NCBI GenBank assembly: GCA_044226015.1 | Contig: JBGAHS010000012.1 | Location: 1-64,000, forward strand | Direction of reading: 5' to 3' | DNA: 64,000 nt | Origin: Candidatus Obscuribacteraceae bacterium | GTDB taxonomy: Bacteria > Cyanobacteriota > Vampirovibrionia > Obscuribacterales > Obscuribacteraceae | In this document: positions 29,628 to 38,714 of the stretch, in pieces | Layout of the letters: every line of letters begins with the position of its first letter | Numbering within the stretch: the stretch's first letter is position 1 | Translations under genes and position numbers: made by a program | Notes under the pieces: generated by a model | Database searches by the model: none | Told to the model about the DNA's origin: nothing | What the model saw: the letters and a program-made list of their open reading frames with translations, nothing else

Positions 29628-30485
29628 TTAGTCAAGCCTTGCTTTGTTGGAGTTTGCTGCTCTCTTGGCTTGAGTAATGATTTTGTAGAGCTCGGCGGTC
29701 GCTGCTCGAAGCCTTCTGGAGACTTGCATTTGTGAAATGCCAAGGCGTCTAGCAACTTCGGTCTGGCTGAGATCTTCGTAGAACGTGAGTTGAACTACTT
29801 CTCTCAGTCCGTCACGAAGATGCTTAATTGCTTCTGCAAGCATGAAGCGATCTTCTTTTGCTATTTGATTGCTCTGGTAACGACCATCAACCAGTGTGTC
29901 AATCAATGATTGTTCACTGCCGGCATCGTTTGAAAGCGCCTGGTCAAGAGAAATCAAAGTGCGACGGCGGTCGACTTCGTAAGCTTCGTTGACTCTGGCT
30001 ACTGGAATCTGCAGCTCGTGAGCGATTTCCACATCGCTGGGCTCTCGACCGAGCTTGGCTGTCAAATTCTGAACCAGTCGGTTAATGCGGAACGACAATT
30101 CCTGAAGTTCGCGCGGTGCACGAATCATCGCAGTTTTGTCTCGGAGATAGTGGCGAATTTCGCCCGTTATCAAGTGCGTTGCGTATGTCTGGAATTTTGC
30201 GCCTGCGTCAGGCTTAAACTGGTCTACGGCTTTAATCAGACCGATGGAACCCACCTGGATTAAGTCCTCCACAGGGTCAGTAGATCTTCTTGCCAGACCA
30301 TATGCTATGCGCTTTACCAACGATAGCGATGCCTGGATGATCTTATCCCTGAGTGAGGGATCACGAGTCTGAGAATAGTCCAGCAGCCAGCGATGAATCT
30401 GGTCCTGTCCTTTATCTTGCACTTTTAAGCTTCCAACTGTAGAAGATGTCGATTTCACGAAGATAGATGATTTGGCTTGCACCAC
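29628..30485 (-). CDS. sigF: RNA polymerase sigma factor, SigB/SigF family
   Basis: EDLIQVGSIGLIKAVD.F, YATHLITGEIRHYLRDK and SQTEVARRLGISQMQVSR. Confidence 0.88.
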   Translation of the reverse strand: MVQAKSSIFVKSTSSTVGSLKVQDKGQDQIHRWLLDYSQTRDPSLRDKIIQASLSLVKRIAYGLARRSTDPVEDLIQVGSIGLIKAVDQFKPDAGAKFQTYATHLITGEIRHYLRDKTAMIRAPRELQELSFRINRLVQNLTAKLGREPSDVEIAHELQIPVARVNEAYEVDRRRTLISLDQALSNDAGSEQSLIDTLVDGRYQSNQIAKEDRFMLAEAIKHLRDGLREVVQLTFYEDLSQTEVARRLGISQMQVSRRLRAATAELYKIITQAKRAANSNKARLD

Positions 30486-30553
30486 AAATAGATACTCAAA
30501 GATGAGCTGACCCTACATATTCTATTCGTTTGAACGCATTTGTACAAATCTAA

Positions 30554-31690
30554 TTATCTGATCTGGTTGATAATCGTGAATATTGGCAAGTACATCCCCA
30601 CAACAACCGAGCCTACGATACCGCCTACAAAGACGACGAGGATTGGTTCAAGTACTGATGTTAGAGCGTCTACAGCGTTTGCGACTTCGTCATCGTAGAA
30701 GTCAGCAACCTTGTCCAACATCTCGTCCAATTTTCCGGTTTCTTCACCTACTGCTATCATCTGGACAACCATTGGTGGGAAAAGTGGCTGTCGGCTCATC
30801 GGTTTGGAAATGGTTCCACCCTGACGAACCTCTTTGTGAATTTCTTCAACACCTTTGGAAAGAACGGCGTTTCCGGCTGTTTCCTTAACTACGTCAAGGG
30901 CCGTCAACATTGGAACACCGGAGTGAATGAGAGTTCCGAAAGTACGGGTAAATCTTGCCACAGCAACTTTCTTGATTACATCGCCGAAAACCGGAACTCG
31001 CAAGCACCATCCGTCAAAGGTGTAACGACCAGCTGGGGTAGCTACCCATTGTTTGAACATGTACCAGCCGACAGCACAAATCGCCACGAAAAGAACCATC
31101 CACCACGAACGCATGAGTTGCGAGAGGGCGATAAGCATTTTTGTGAATTCTGGCAGGTCGCCGCCCATGCCTTCGAAGATGCCCTGGAATACTGGCAAAA
31201 CGAAGGTCAACATGGCCCAAAATACGACAACTGCAACGATTAAAGCTACGATCGGGTATGCCATTGCGGCTTTTACTTTATCTGTTAGCTTTTGTCGAGC
31301 TTCAAGGAACTCGGCAACTCTCTTCATTACTGCGTCGAGGATACCGCCGGTTTCTCCAGCTTTAGCCATAGCGACGTAGAGTCTGTCAAAAGTCTGAGGG
31401 TGTTTTGCCAGGGCGTCGGAAAGATTACTTCCTGCTTCTACCTGGTTTCTCACATCTGAAAGTACTGCCTTCAACTTTTCGTTTTCGCATTGCTCAGCGA
31501 TGATGGTCAGTGTTCTCAACATAGCGACACCAGACCCAATCATGGCGGAGAACTGTCTTGAGAAAACAACCATGTCCTTGAGCTTTACTTTCTCGAACCC
31601 TGCAAGCATGTTTTTGGATTTCTGCTTGGTGCCGCCACGTCCCTGGGCTCGACCCTGAGTCTTGGTTTTTCCTTTTTTTGCCGAATCCAT
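30554..31690 (-). CDS. pilC: Type IV pilus platform protein PilC
   Basis: FSRQFSAMI, AGETGGIL, AMAYP and VGEETGKLDEML motifs. Confidence 0.93.
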   Translation of the reverse strand: MDSAKKGKTKTQGRAQGRGGTKQKSKNMLAGFEKVKLKDMVVFSRQFSAMIGSGVAMLRTLTIIAEQCENEKLKAVLSDVRNQVEAGSNLSDALAKHPQTFDRLYVAMAKAGETGGILDAVMKRVAEFLEARQKLTDKVKAAMAYPIVALIVAVVVFWAMLTFVLPVFQGIFEGMGGDLPEFTKMLIALSQLMRSWWMVLFVAICAVGWYMFKQWVATPAGRYTFDGWCLRVPVFGDVIKKVAVARFTRTFGTLIHSGVPMLTALDVVKETAGNAVLSKGVEEIHKEVRQGGTISKPMSRQPLFPPMVVQMIAVGEETGKLDEMLDKVADFYDDEVANAVDALTSVLEPILVVFVGGIVGSVVVGMYLPIFTIINQIR

Positions 31691-31753
31691 ACTGGATGCT
31701 CCCTTTCTATCTTATTGAGTCTTATCTTGTATTTTGGCTTTGGACTTGTGCAG

Positions 31754-32887
31754 TTAGTGGGAAGGAGATCTTCCGCTCATACCTGCAAGAGTTGCTGCTT
31801 GCGATCCGACCAATCTGTTAAAGTCGTCGGGGCGGCTTGTCTTAACTAATGCATCTTGATAAGTGATTAGTCCAGTCTTGACTAACTGCGCAAGAGCAGC
31901 CTCTAAAGTTTGCATACCCGAATTACCGCCCATTTGAATCGCGGAATAAATTTGTGCTGTTTTTGACTCGCGAATCAAGTTTGAGATACCAGGCGTGTTT
32001 ATCAGAACTTCAGATGCAACGCATCTTCCTCTCATCTGCGAAGTTGCTCCTACTTTGGCAGCAGCACGTGGCATGAGAGTTTGACTCATAACTGCCACAA
32101 GTGAGTTCGACAACATGATGCGTACTTGTTGCTGCTGTCCATCAGGGAATACGTCGACGATACGGTCGATAGTTTGCGCGGCAGAGCTGGTGTGAAGTGT
32201 TCCGAACACAAGGTGACCTGTTTCTGCAGCTGTAAGCGCAAGGCTTATAGTTTCAAGGTCACGCAACTCACCTACGAGGATGATATCTGGGTCTTCACGC
32301 AGTGCGCCTCTCAGTGCGTTTGCAAAACTCTTTGTATCAGAGCCTAACTCACGCTGGCTGACAATTGATTTTTTATGTCTGTGCAAAAATTCTATCGGGT
32401 CTTCAATTGTAAGAATGTGCTCTGCTCTGTTTTCGTTGATCCAGTTGATCATCGCTGCCAGGGTTGATGACTTGCCGGAACCTGTTGGTCCGGTCACCAG
32501 AACAAGTCCTCTCGGTTTGTGCACCAGGTCTCTTTGCACCACCGCCGGTAGTTCCAGATCTTCCAGGTTAGGACATTGGAATGGAATAGTACGCATTGCT
32601 ACTGCATAACTACCGCGGTCCTTATATACGTTCACACGAAAACGTCCCAGCCCTGACACACCATAGCTGCAGTCAAGTTCGAAAGTATTTTCCAGAGTCT
32701 TTCTCTGGTCGCCGGTAAGCATTGAGAAAACCATTCTCTGAATGTCTTCTTTTTGAAGCGCATCAAATTCGCTTACCTGCAACTTACCAGAAATACGAAT
32801 CATTGGAGGCAAACCTACCTTTAAGTGTAAGTCTGAGGCACCTTTGTCAACAACCAGTTGGAGAATTTCTTGTATTTCAATTGGCAT
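31754..32887 (-). CDS. pilT: Type IV pilus retraction ATPase
   Basis: ASDLHL, GPTGSGKSSTL, LREDPD, AAETGHLVFGTLHT and GMQTL motifs. Confidence 0.95.
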   Translation of the reverse strand: MPIEIQEILQLVVDKGASDLHLKVGLPPMIRISGKLQVSEFDALQKEDIQRMVFSMLTGDQRKTLENTFELDCSYGVSGLGRFRVNVYKDRGSYAVAMRTIPFQCPNLEDLELPAVVQRDLVHKPRGLVLVTGPTGSGKSSTLAAMINWINENRAEHILTIEDPIEFLHRHKKSIVSQRELGSDTKSFANALRGALREDPDIILVGELRDLETISLALTAAETGHLVFGTLHTSSAAQTIDRIVDVFPDGQQQQVRIMLSNSLVAVMSQTLMPRAAAKVGATSQMRGRCVASEVLINTPGISNLIRESKTAQIYSAIQMGGNSGMQTLEAALAQLVKTGLITYQDALVKTSRPDDFNRLVGSQAATLAGMSGRSPSH

Positions 32888-32939
32888 TGTTCTGCTTCCT
32901 TATATATGCCATAACCAATCTGAACCTTCGAACTATTTA

Positions 32940-35012
32940 TCAGCCTGCCGCGACGGCGCTCTTCTTGAAGTCGCGTTCGGTCTGGCAGTACGGGCACCGT
33001 TTCCATGACCCATACACCTCCGCTTCGCAACAGGGGCAGACGTGGTCTAGTTGCGCCTCCTCATGAGACAAGCCGCATTTAGCGCATGATGCCCAGGTTT
33101 CCTCTTGCAAGGTTCCGCAACGTTGGCATGATTTTTTCAGCTCATGTTGACAGAATGGGCATTTGATAAAGTCGTCGCCGATAGGGTTTCGGCATTTGGG
33201 GCAGAGAACTTCTTCGCCTCCGGTGTCTGAGATGGTGACGCGAATACACTCTTCTGGCGTGGTCATGCCCTGAGCAACCAATCGCAAGCTGTATTCTTTT
33301 AGTGGAACCATTCCCGCTTGCTTGGCAGCAAAGCGAAGCATGGCAGTTGATGAGCCTTTTGCGATGTGGTCGCGCAGGTCATCATTTAATCGCATAACCT
33401 CGTAGCAGCCAACTCGTCCGCGATAGCCGCCGCCATTGCAGTTGTCGCAACCTTTTCCTCGGAAGAAAATTGGCCATCCTTTATCATTCAAATTGAATTT
33501 ATAGAATTGGACAGTTGTATCTGCCATCACTTCCTGGTTTGCATCCATCAATCCCAGGTATTCAAGGATGTTTCTATCTGGAAGATATTCTTCTTTGCAC
33601 TCGCTGCAAATTCTGCGCACAAGACGCTGAGCGATAATTCCAATCGTTGCAGAAGATATAAGGAAGCGTTCTACTTCCATTTCCTCAAGACGTGAAACAG
33701 CTCCTGGTGCATCGTTGGTGTGAAGTGTGGTGAACACAAGGTGACCTGTCAGTGCCGCTTCTACCGCGATTTTTGCTGTTTCTTTGTCACGAGTTTCTCC
33801 GACGAGCATGATATCGGGGTCTTGACGCAAGAAGGCTCTGAGAATTCTTGCAAAGTCCATTCCCTTTTCTCTAATGACCTGCACCTGCGTGATGCCAGAC
33901 ATGTCGTACTCTATTGGGTCTTCGGCTGTGACGATGTTTACGTCTGGAGAATTTCTTTCGGCAAGTGCTGAGTACAAAGTCGTAGTTTTTCCAGAACCTG
34001 TAGGACCGGTCACAAAGATGATTCCGTAAGGCTTTGCGATCATGTCCATGATTGTGTTCATCGCATCAGGGTCGGTGATCAATTTGTTGAGACCAATCTG
34101 CGTATTTGATTTGTCCAAAATACGCATAACAACCTTTTCGCCAAACTTGGCTGGCAGTGTGGAGACACGGAAGTCGATGTCGCGTCCTGAAAGACGAACT
34201 CTGATACGACCGTCCTGTGGCAATCTTCTTTCTGCAATGTCGAGGTCTGCCATAACTTTCAGACGCGAGACGAGCGCAGGTAAAATTGGTTTTGGAAGTT
34301 TACGATCTAGCTGCAAGACACCATCTCTTCTGAAGCGAATTGCAACTTCCTTTTCATGCGGTTCGACGTGAATATCTGAGATTCTGTTCTTGATTGCTTT
34401 GGCCAAAATCTGGTTGGCAAGCATGATGATTGGCGCATCGCCAGCTTGTTTTTCAAGGTCTTCTTCTTTCACATCGTCGAGGTCTTGCAGCACATCCATG
34501 GTGCTGAGGTCGACTTCTTTGTCGATAAATTCTTCTGCCGCCTGGTCATCTGCAGATTTTTTCTCGTTCAGATGCTTGCTGTAAATCGTTTCCATAAACG
34601 ATTGGAAGTCATCTTCTGTGCAGACTGACAGTTTGACCTGCATGCCTTTGAGGCGCATCTTGATGTCGTCTAGCGCCATGAGGTTGTTCGGGTTGACCAT
34701 CGCGAGTGTGACGCGATTGCCATCTTTCACTATCGGCACAAGTTGGTGCTGGCGCATCAACGCTTCAGGTAGAAGTGCCAGACACTCAGGCGGAGGTGGT
34801 TCAACTTTGGCAAGCGGAGTGTAATTCACTCCGTACTGCAATTCGAGCGCATTTTTGACCTGATTTTCACTGGCCAGTCCTAAACGGGACAAAATGAGGC
34901 TTACTGGTTCGCCAGTCTTCTCGCGCTCAACCTGTACCTGTTGCCATTGTTCTGGAGAGATCAGTCCGTTTTCAACTAACAGTTCCCCAATCTCTTTCTT
35001 GACAAGCGCCAT
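32940..35012 (-). CDS. pilB: Type IV pilus extension ATPase with C-terminal zinc ribbons
   Basis: RRLPQDGRI, GPTGSGKTTTLY, LRQDPD and TGHLVFTTLHTN motifs; six CxxC after the ATPase domain. Confidence 0.95.
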   Translation of the reverse strand: MALVKKEIGELLVENGLISPEQWQQVQVEREKTGEPVSLILSRLGLASENQVKNALELQYGVNYTPLAKVEPPPPECLALLPEALMRQHQLVPIVKDGNRVTLAMVNPNNLMALDDIKMRLKGMQVKLSVCTEDDFQSFMETIYSKHLNEKKSADDQAAEEFIDKEVDLSTMDVLQDLDDVKEEDLEKQAGDAPIIMLANQILAKAIKNRISDIHVEPHEKEVAIRFRRDGVLQLDRKLPKPILPALVSRLKVMADLDIAERRLPQDGRIRVRLSGRDIDFRVSTLPAKFGEKVVMRILDKSNTQIGLNKLITDPDAMNTIMDMIAKPYGIIFVTGPTGSGKTTTLYSALAERNSPDVNIVTAEDPIEYDMSGITQVQVIREKGMDFARILRAFLRQDPDIMLVGETRDKETAKIAVEAALTGHLVFTTLHTNDAPGAVSRLEEMEVERFLISSATIGIIAQRLVRRICSECKEEYLPDRNILEYLGLMDANQEVMADTTVQFYKFNLNDKGWPIFFRGKGCDNCNGGGYRGRVGCYEVMRLNDDLRDHIAKGSSTAMLRFAAKQAGMVPLKEYSLRLVAQGMTTPEECIRVTISDTGGEEVLCPKCRNPIGDDFIKCPFCQHELKKSCQRCGTLQEETWASCAKCGLSHEEAQLDHVCPCCEAEVYGSWKRCPYCQTERDFKKSAVAAG

Positions 35013-35042
35013 TACTACGATCTCCTCAACCCGCTTCCTGAT

Positions 35043-35069
35043 TTACCCTCTTAGTCGACAATGCAAAAC
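35043..35069 (-). promoter_or_regulatory. SigB/SigF-type promoter upstream of pilB
   Basis: Minus strand GTTT-N17-GGGTAA, 30 nt upstream of the ATG and followed by a GAGGAG RBS. Confidence 0.6.
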
Positions 35070-35087
35070 CTACCAGGAGAGATTTTG

Positions 35088-35240
35088 CTGCCAAGTCTGT
35101 ATGCGGGTAGCAGCTATGCTCCCGCCCCACGTATGGTGGGTCCCTTGGTGTTGTGCCCTATGCCACAGCGAACTAAACCCATCGAACTTGCGCTTGATTG
35201 CCGCTTTTGACGGAAACCCTGCACTGGCAAGAGACTTGTA
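35088..35240 (-). ncRNA. Rod-shaped structured RNA, candidate 6S RNA
   Basis: Nested pairings CAAGUCU/AGACUUG, UGCAGGGU/ACCCGCA, AGCGGC/GCUGCU and UGGGUUU/GGACCCA around a central bubble containing a CCA-UACG-UGG hairpin. GAUGGG...CCCACC...GCGGG elements recall 6S RNAs. Confidence 0.45.
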
Positions 35241-35364
35241 AGTTGATTTTTCAAACAATGAAAAAGTCCATTCTTCCTTGAGTCTGCTATGTTTTGTTCT
35301 GTCTGCAAGTATCTAGGTGTCGGTGATAAATACAGAAGACATGCTTCGTATGCCGTTTTGAATA

Positions 35365-35394
35365 CTTACAACTACGAGCCAACGTGCCTATAAT
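35365..35394 (+). promoter_or_regulatory. Possible sigma70 promoter for the GT-C gene
   Basis: Perfect TATAAT at 35389-35394 with a weak -35 (CTTACA, 18-nt spacer), 24 nt before the GTG start. Confidence 0.35.
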
Positions 35395-35418
35395 AGCTGC
35401 AATTGGAAGGCATTATTC

Positions 35419-36936
35419 GTGAATAAGCGAAAAGAGTACATCGGTTTTTGTCTGATAATTATTCTGGCTGCCGTGTTGCGCTTCGCTGGTATCAGTTTCG
35501 ATAGTCTCTGGCTTGACGAAGGCTATCAGAGTCTGGTCGGGGCTTATGGGCATGGTGCGCCTGACTTCTCCATTGCTGAGCCGAAAAATTTTCTTTTCAA
35601 ATTTGAGAATGCTGCGCCGCCATCGGCGGTGCTATCAAATTTCAGAAAAGTCGACCCGCTTTGTCCTCCACTTTACGCTCTGCTGCTCAATCGTTGGCTT
35701 ACGATTGTAGGCGATTCAGACCTTCAAATTCGGGCTCTATCTCTACTGATTTCGACTTCATCAATTGCTGCTCTTATGCTTTTTGCCCGGGCTTTGTTCG
35801 GCTGGAACGTGGCTTTGCTAGCCGGACTTCTCCAGGCTGTCTCACCATTTGATATCCACTACGCGCAGGAAGCGCGAATGTACAGCTTGGTTGTGTTGAA
35901 TGCTGTTCTTTCAGGTGGCAGCTTGCTTTGCTTCCTGAAAAATGAATTGCAAAATAAACGAGACTATCTTGTGCTGGTATTGTATTCGGTATCAACGTTC
36001 GCGCTAGTGAACTCCCACTACACTGGTCTCTTCCTGGCTTTAACAGAGGGTATCTCTGTTCTTGCCTACACTTTATTTTGTAAGAAGTGGAAGCTACTAT
36101 TAGCCTATTTACTAGCATGTTTTTTCACAGCGATAATGTGCCTGCCGTGGCTTCCTTTGTTCTTGCAATCAGCATCTTCGCGCAAAGAGTCTTTCTATGT
36201 GGCACGCGAGGCAAACCTGATCTGGCCATTTAAGGCACTGCTGAGGGTCTTTGTGAACTGGTTGGTGTTCTTGTCAGGGCAGCGAGTAGTGGCATATGCC
36301 GCGCCTCTCTACGTTAGCTCTGCTGTCATGCTAATCGCCTCGGCATATGGCGCTGCCAGAGTTCAACTTGAGGAACGTCGCTGGCTTCTCTCTTTGTTCG
36401 TCTGGGCTTTGCTTCCAGCTCTGGGAATTTGGCTGGTCGATTTAATCGAAAATCACAAAGTGGTCGAGGTTTCTCGATATCTGATCTTCACCGCGCCTGC
36501 CGTTTACCTTCTTGCGGCCTGGGGCTATCAGCATCTCAGATTGCTCCGCAAGCCTTTTCTTGTCTTGCTTTATCTTCACCTTATCTTTGCTTCTGTGAAC
36601 CTCTACTACACTCACACTGTTCATCAGCGTGAACCCTGGCAAGAAATGGCAAAGAAAGTGGACGAGCTGGTACCTGAAGATCAAACTCTTGTTATCAGTC
36701 AGTACTATGATATTGCTTGTCTAGATCGTTATCTGACCCGCCCCAGAGTTCAAATGGGAATCAGCCCCTCCATGGGCAATGAGTCCATAGTCTCGTGTTT
36801 ACAAAAGCTGGACAGCTTTGCACTTCTTAGCGCACAAGATGGAGAGTCGGTAACGGGCATGATTCCAGCATCTTTCAAGCTTAAGCAGAAAGTCGATATG
36901 TCCCATGGGTTGCACCTTCGCCTTTATGAAAGATAG
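35419..36936 (+). CDS. GT-C membrane glycosyltransferase (GT39/ArnT/PMT-like)
   Basis: SLWLDE, PPLY.LLL and YAQEARMY motifs; many TM segments. Confidence 0.85.
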   Translation: MNKRKEYIGFCLIIILAAVLRFAGISFDSLWLDEGYQSLVGAYGHGAPDFSIAEPKNFLFKFENAAPPSAVLSNFRKVDPLCPPLYALLLNRWLTIVGDSDLQIRALSLLISTSSIAALMLFARALFGWNVALLAGLLQAVSPFDIHYAQEARMYSLVVLNAVLSGGSLLCFLKNELQNKRDYLVLVLYSVSTFALVNSHYTGLFLALTEGISVLAYTLFCKKWKLLLAYLLACFFTAIMCLPWLPLFLQSASSRKESFYVAREANLIWPFKALLRVFVNWLVFLSGQRVVAYAAPLYVSSAVMLIASAYGAARVQLEERRWLLSLFVWALLPALGIWLVDLIENHKVVEVSRYLIFTAPAVYLLAAWGYQHLRLLRKPFLVLLYLHLIFASVNLYYTHTVHQREPWQEMAKKVDELVPEDQTLVISQYYDIACLDRYLTRPRVQMGISPSMGNESIVSCLQKLDSFALLSAQDGESVTGMIPASFKLKQKVDMSHGLHLRLYER

Positions 36937-36996
36937 TGCCGGGTAAAGATTCCCAAGACGGGGTAAAACATATAGGTCATGGAGAATGACTGAACA

Positions 36997-38703
36997 ATGA
37001 AGAGCACTCAAGAACGTCCGGAAGCCTTATTAGGCAAGACAATTGCTGATCGATACCTCCTGGAAGAAATTATCGGACAGGGCGGTATAGGCGTGGTTTA
37101 CAAGGCAAAGCACACTTTGATGAACAGAATAGTGGCAATCAAGATGCTGCGCTCTGAAAGTTTGCGCGACGAACGGAATCGACAACGATTTCAACAGGAA
37201 GCCCAAGCGATCAGCTCGATGAATCATCCAAACATTGTCTCTGTTTTTGACTTTGGCTTCACTCCGGACAATTCAGCCTTTCTCGTAATGGATTATCTGG
37301 ACGGAAAAGATCTGGACACCTTGATTCAAGAGCAGGGCTATTTGACGCCCGAAGAAGTGGTGCCAATTTTTACTCAAATTTGTGATGCAATGACTCGTAC
37401 TCATGAACAAGGCATTATTCACAGAGACTTGAAACCTGGCAACATTATTGTAGTGAAGAAGGATGGTGCCAAGCCAGAAGCGAAGCTCGTAGACTTCGGC
37501 ATGGTCAAATTTGAAACTCAAACCGGACGCCAGGCCCAAGCCCTAACGCAGGCTGGTGAAGTATTCGGAAGTCCCTACTATATGAGTCCTGAGCAGTGTA
37601 CAGGTCTCAAGCTCGACGCGCGTTCTGACATTTACTCGATGGGCGTGTTGATGTATGAGGCTGTGACAGGGCGTCCGCCGTTTCTTGCAGCAAATATGGC
37701 GGAAATGGCCCAGATGCATTTGTATGAAAAGCCAGATCCCATCGGTGCTGTAATCAATGACTCTGAGTTTCCGCAGCTCATGGAAAATATTATTTTCAAG
37801 TCGCTGGAAAAGAACGTCAATGACAGATATCAAAGTTCAGAGGAATTGAAGCAGGCTTTGCTTAATTTCAACAAGTTTTGGCTGGATAAGAACACGGCTG
37901 TGAAGCCTGTCTCCTTGCGGCAGACCACAACGTCACGCTATATGAAAGATGAGATTCTTGCTGCAATCAAAGCTGCCGCAGACCAGAAGGAAGCTGAACA
38001 GGCTGCATCTAAGAGTGCGCCGACGGCTCCTGTAGCTGCTTCAACTCCTGCTGCATCGCAAGCGGCATCATCGGGCGCTCAGAAAAACAACAATCAACTA
38101 TTAATGCTGCTGGGTGGAGTCATCTTAGGAGGTTGTATTGCAATTGCGGCATTCTTGTTCTTAGGAAAAAGTCCAGAACAAGGTAATGGTACTGGCAGTG
38201 GTGGCAAGCGCTGGCAAGACCTAGATGCCTCTGGTCAGGTTGCTCTGATGTCGGGTAACCTTGCTGATGCTGAACAGGCTTTTAGTCAGGCTGTTAAACT
38301 GGCAGCAGCTCAAAATGAAAATAACAACCCAGCTTTAACTGCAACTCTCACTGGCTTAGCAAAAGTCTACGAGAAGGAAGGCAAGTTTGACATGGCTGAG
38401 AATGTATACAAACAGACCATAGAAAAAGTTGAAAAGTCTGATGGAGCCAATTCAGCTAATCTGGCACCGCTTCTAGTTAGTCTCGGTAAGTTGTACAGCT
38501 CGACTGATAGATTTAAAGAAGCAGAAACAGTTCATCAACGAGCAATTTCCATTCTCGAAAGCTCTTTCGGGCATGATGACCCACGCATTCTTGATTGTCT
38601 TGATGTTTATGCGCAAACAAAGCGGAAGCAGGGGCAAACCAAAGAAGCTGACGCTGTTGAAGCCCGTGCAAACAAGATTCGCAAGTCGCAACAAGCCAAG
38701 TGA
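36997..38703 (+). CDS. Hanks-type Ser/Thr protein kinase with TM segment and TPR domain
   Basis: GQGGIG, VAIK, HRDLKPGN, DFG, YMSPE and SDIYS motifs; TM followed by TPR helices. Confidence 0.95.
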   Translation: MKSTQERPEALLGKTIADRYLLEEIIGQGGIGVVYKAKHTLMNRIVAIKMLRSESLRDERNRQRFQQEAQAISSMNHPNIVSVFDFGFTPDNSAFLVMDYLDGKDLDTLIQEQGYLTPEEVVPIFTQICDAMTRTHEQGIIHRDLKPGNIIVVKKDGAKPEAKLVDFGMVKFETQTGRQAQALTQAGEVFGSPYYMSPEQCTGLKLDARSDIYSMGVLMYEAVTGRPPFLAANMAEMAQMHLYEKPDPIGAVINDSEFPQLMENIIFKSLEKNVNDRYQSSEELKQALLNFNKFWLDKNTAVKPVSLRQTTTSRYMKDEILAAIKAAADQKEAEQAASKSAPTAPVAASTPAASQAASSGAQKNNNQLLMLLGGVILGGCIAIAAFLFLGKSPEQGNGTGSGGKRWQDLDASGQVALMSGNLADAEQAFSQAVKLAAAQNENNNPALTATLTGLAKVYEKEGKFDMAENVYKQTIEKVEKSDGANSANLAPLLVSLGKLYSSTDRFKEAETVHQRAISILESSFGHDDPRILDCLDVYAQTKRKQGQTKEADAVEARANKIRKSQQAK

Positions 38704-38714
38704 GCTAGGCATTC

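Noticed and set aside
29609..29755. N-terminal extension of the ABC ATPase given in the ORF track
   Set aside because: It overlaps the 3' end of sigF by more than 100 nt; ATG 29608 gives a normal start.
35070..35308. Short ORFs upstream of pilB (62 and 64 aa)
   Set aside because: No protein features; the region is better explained by RNA secondary structure.
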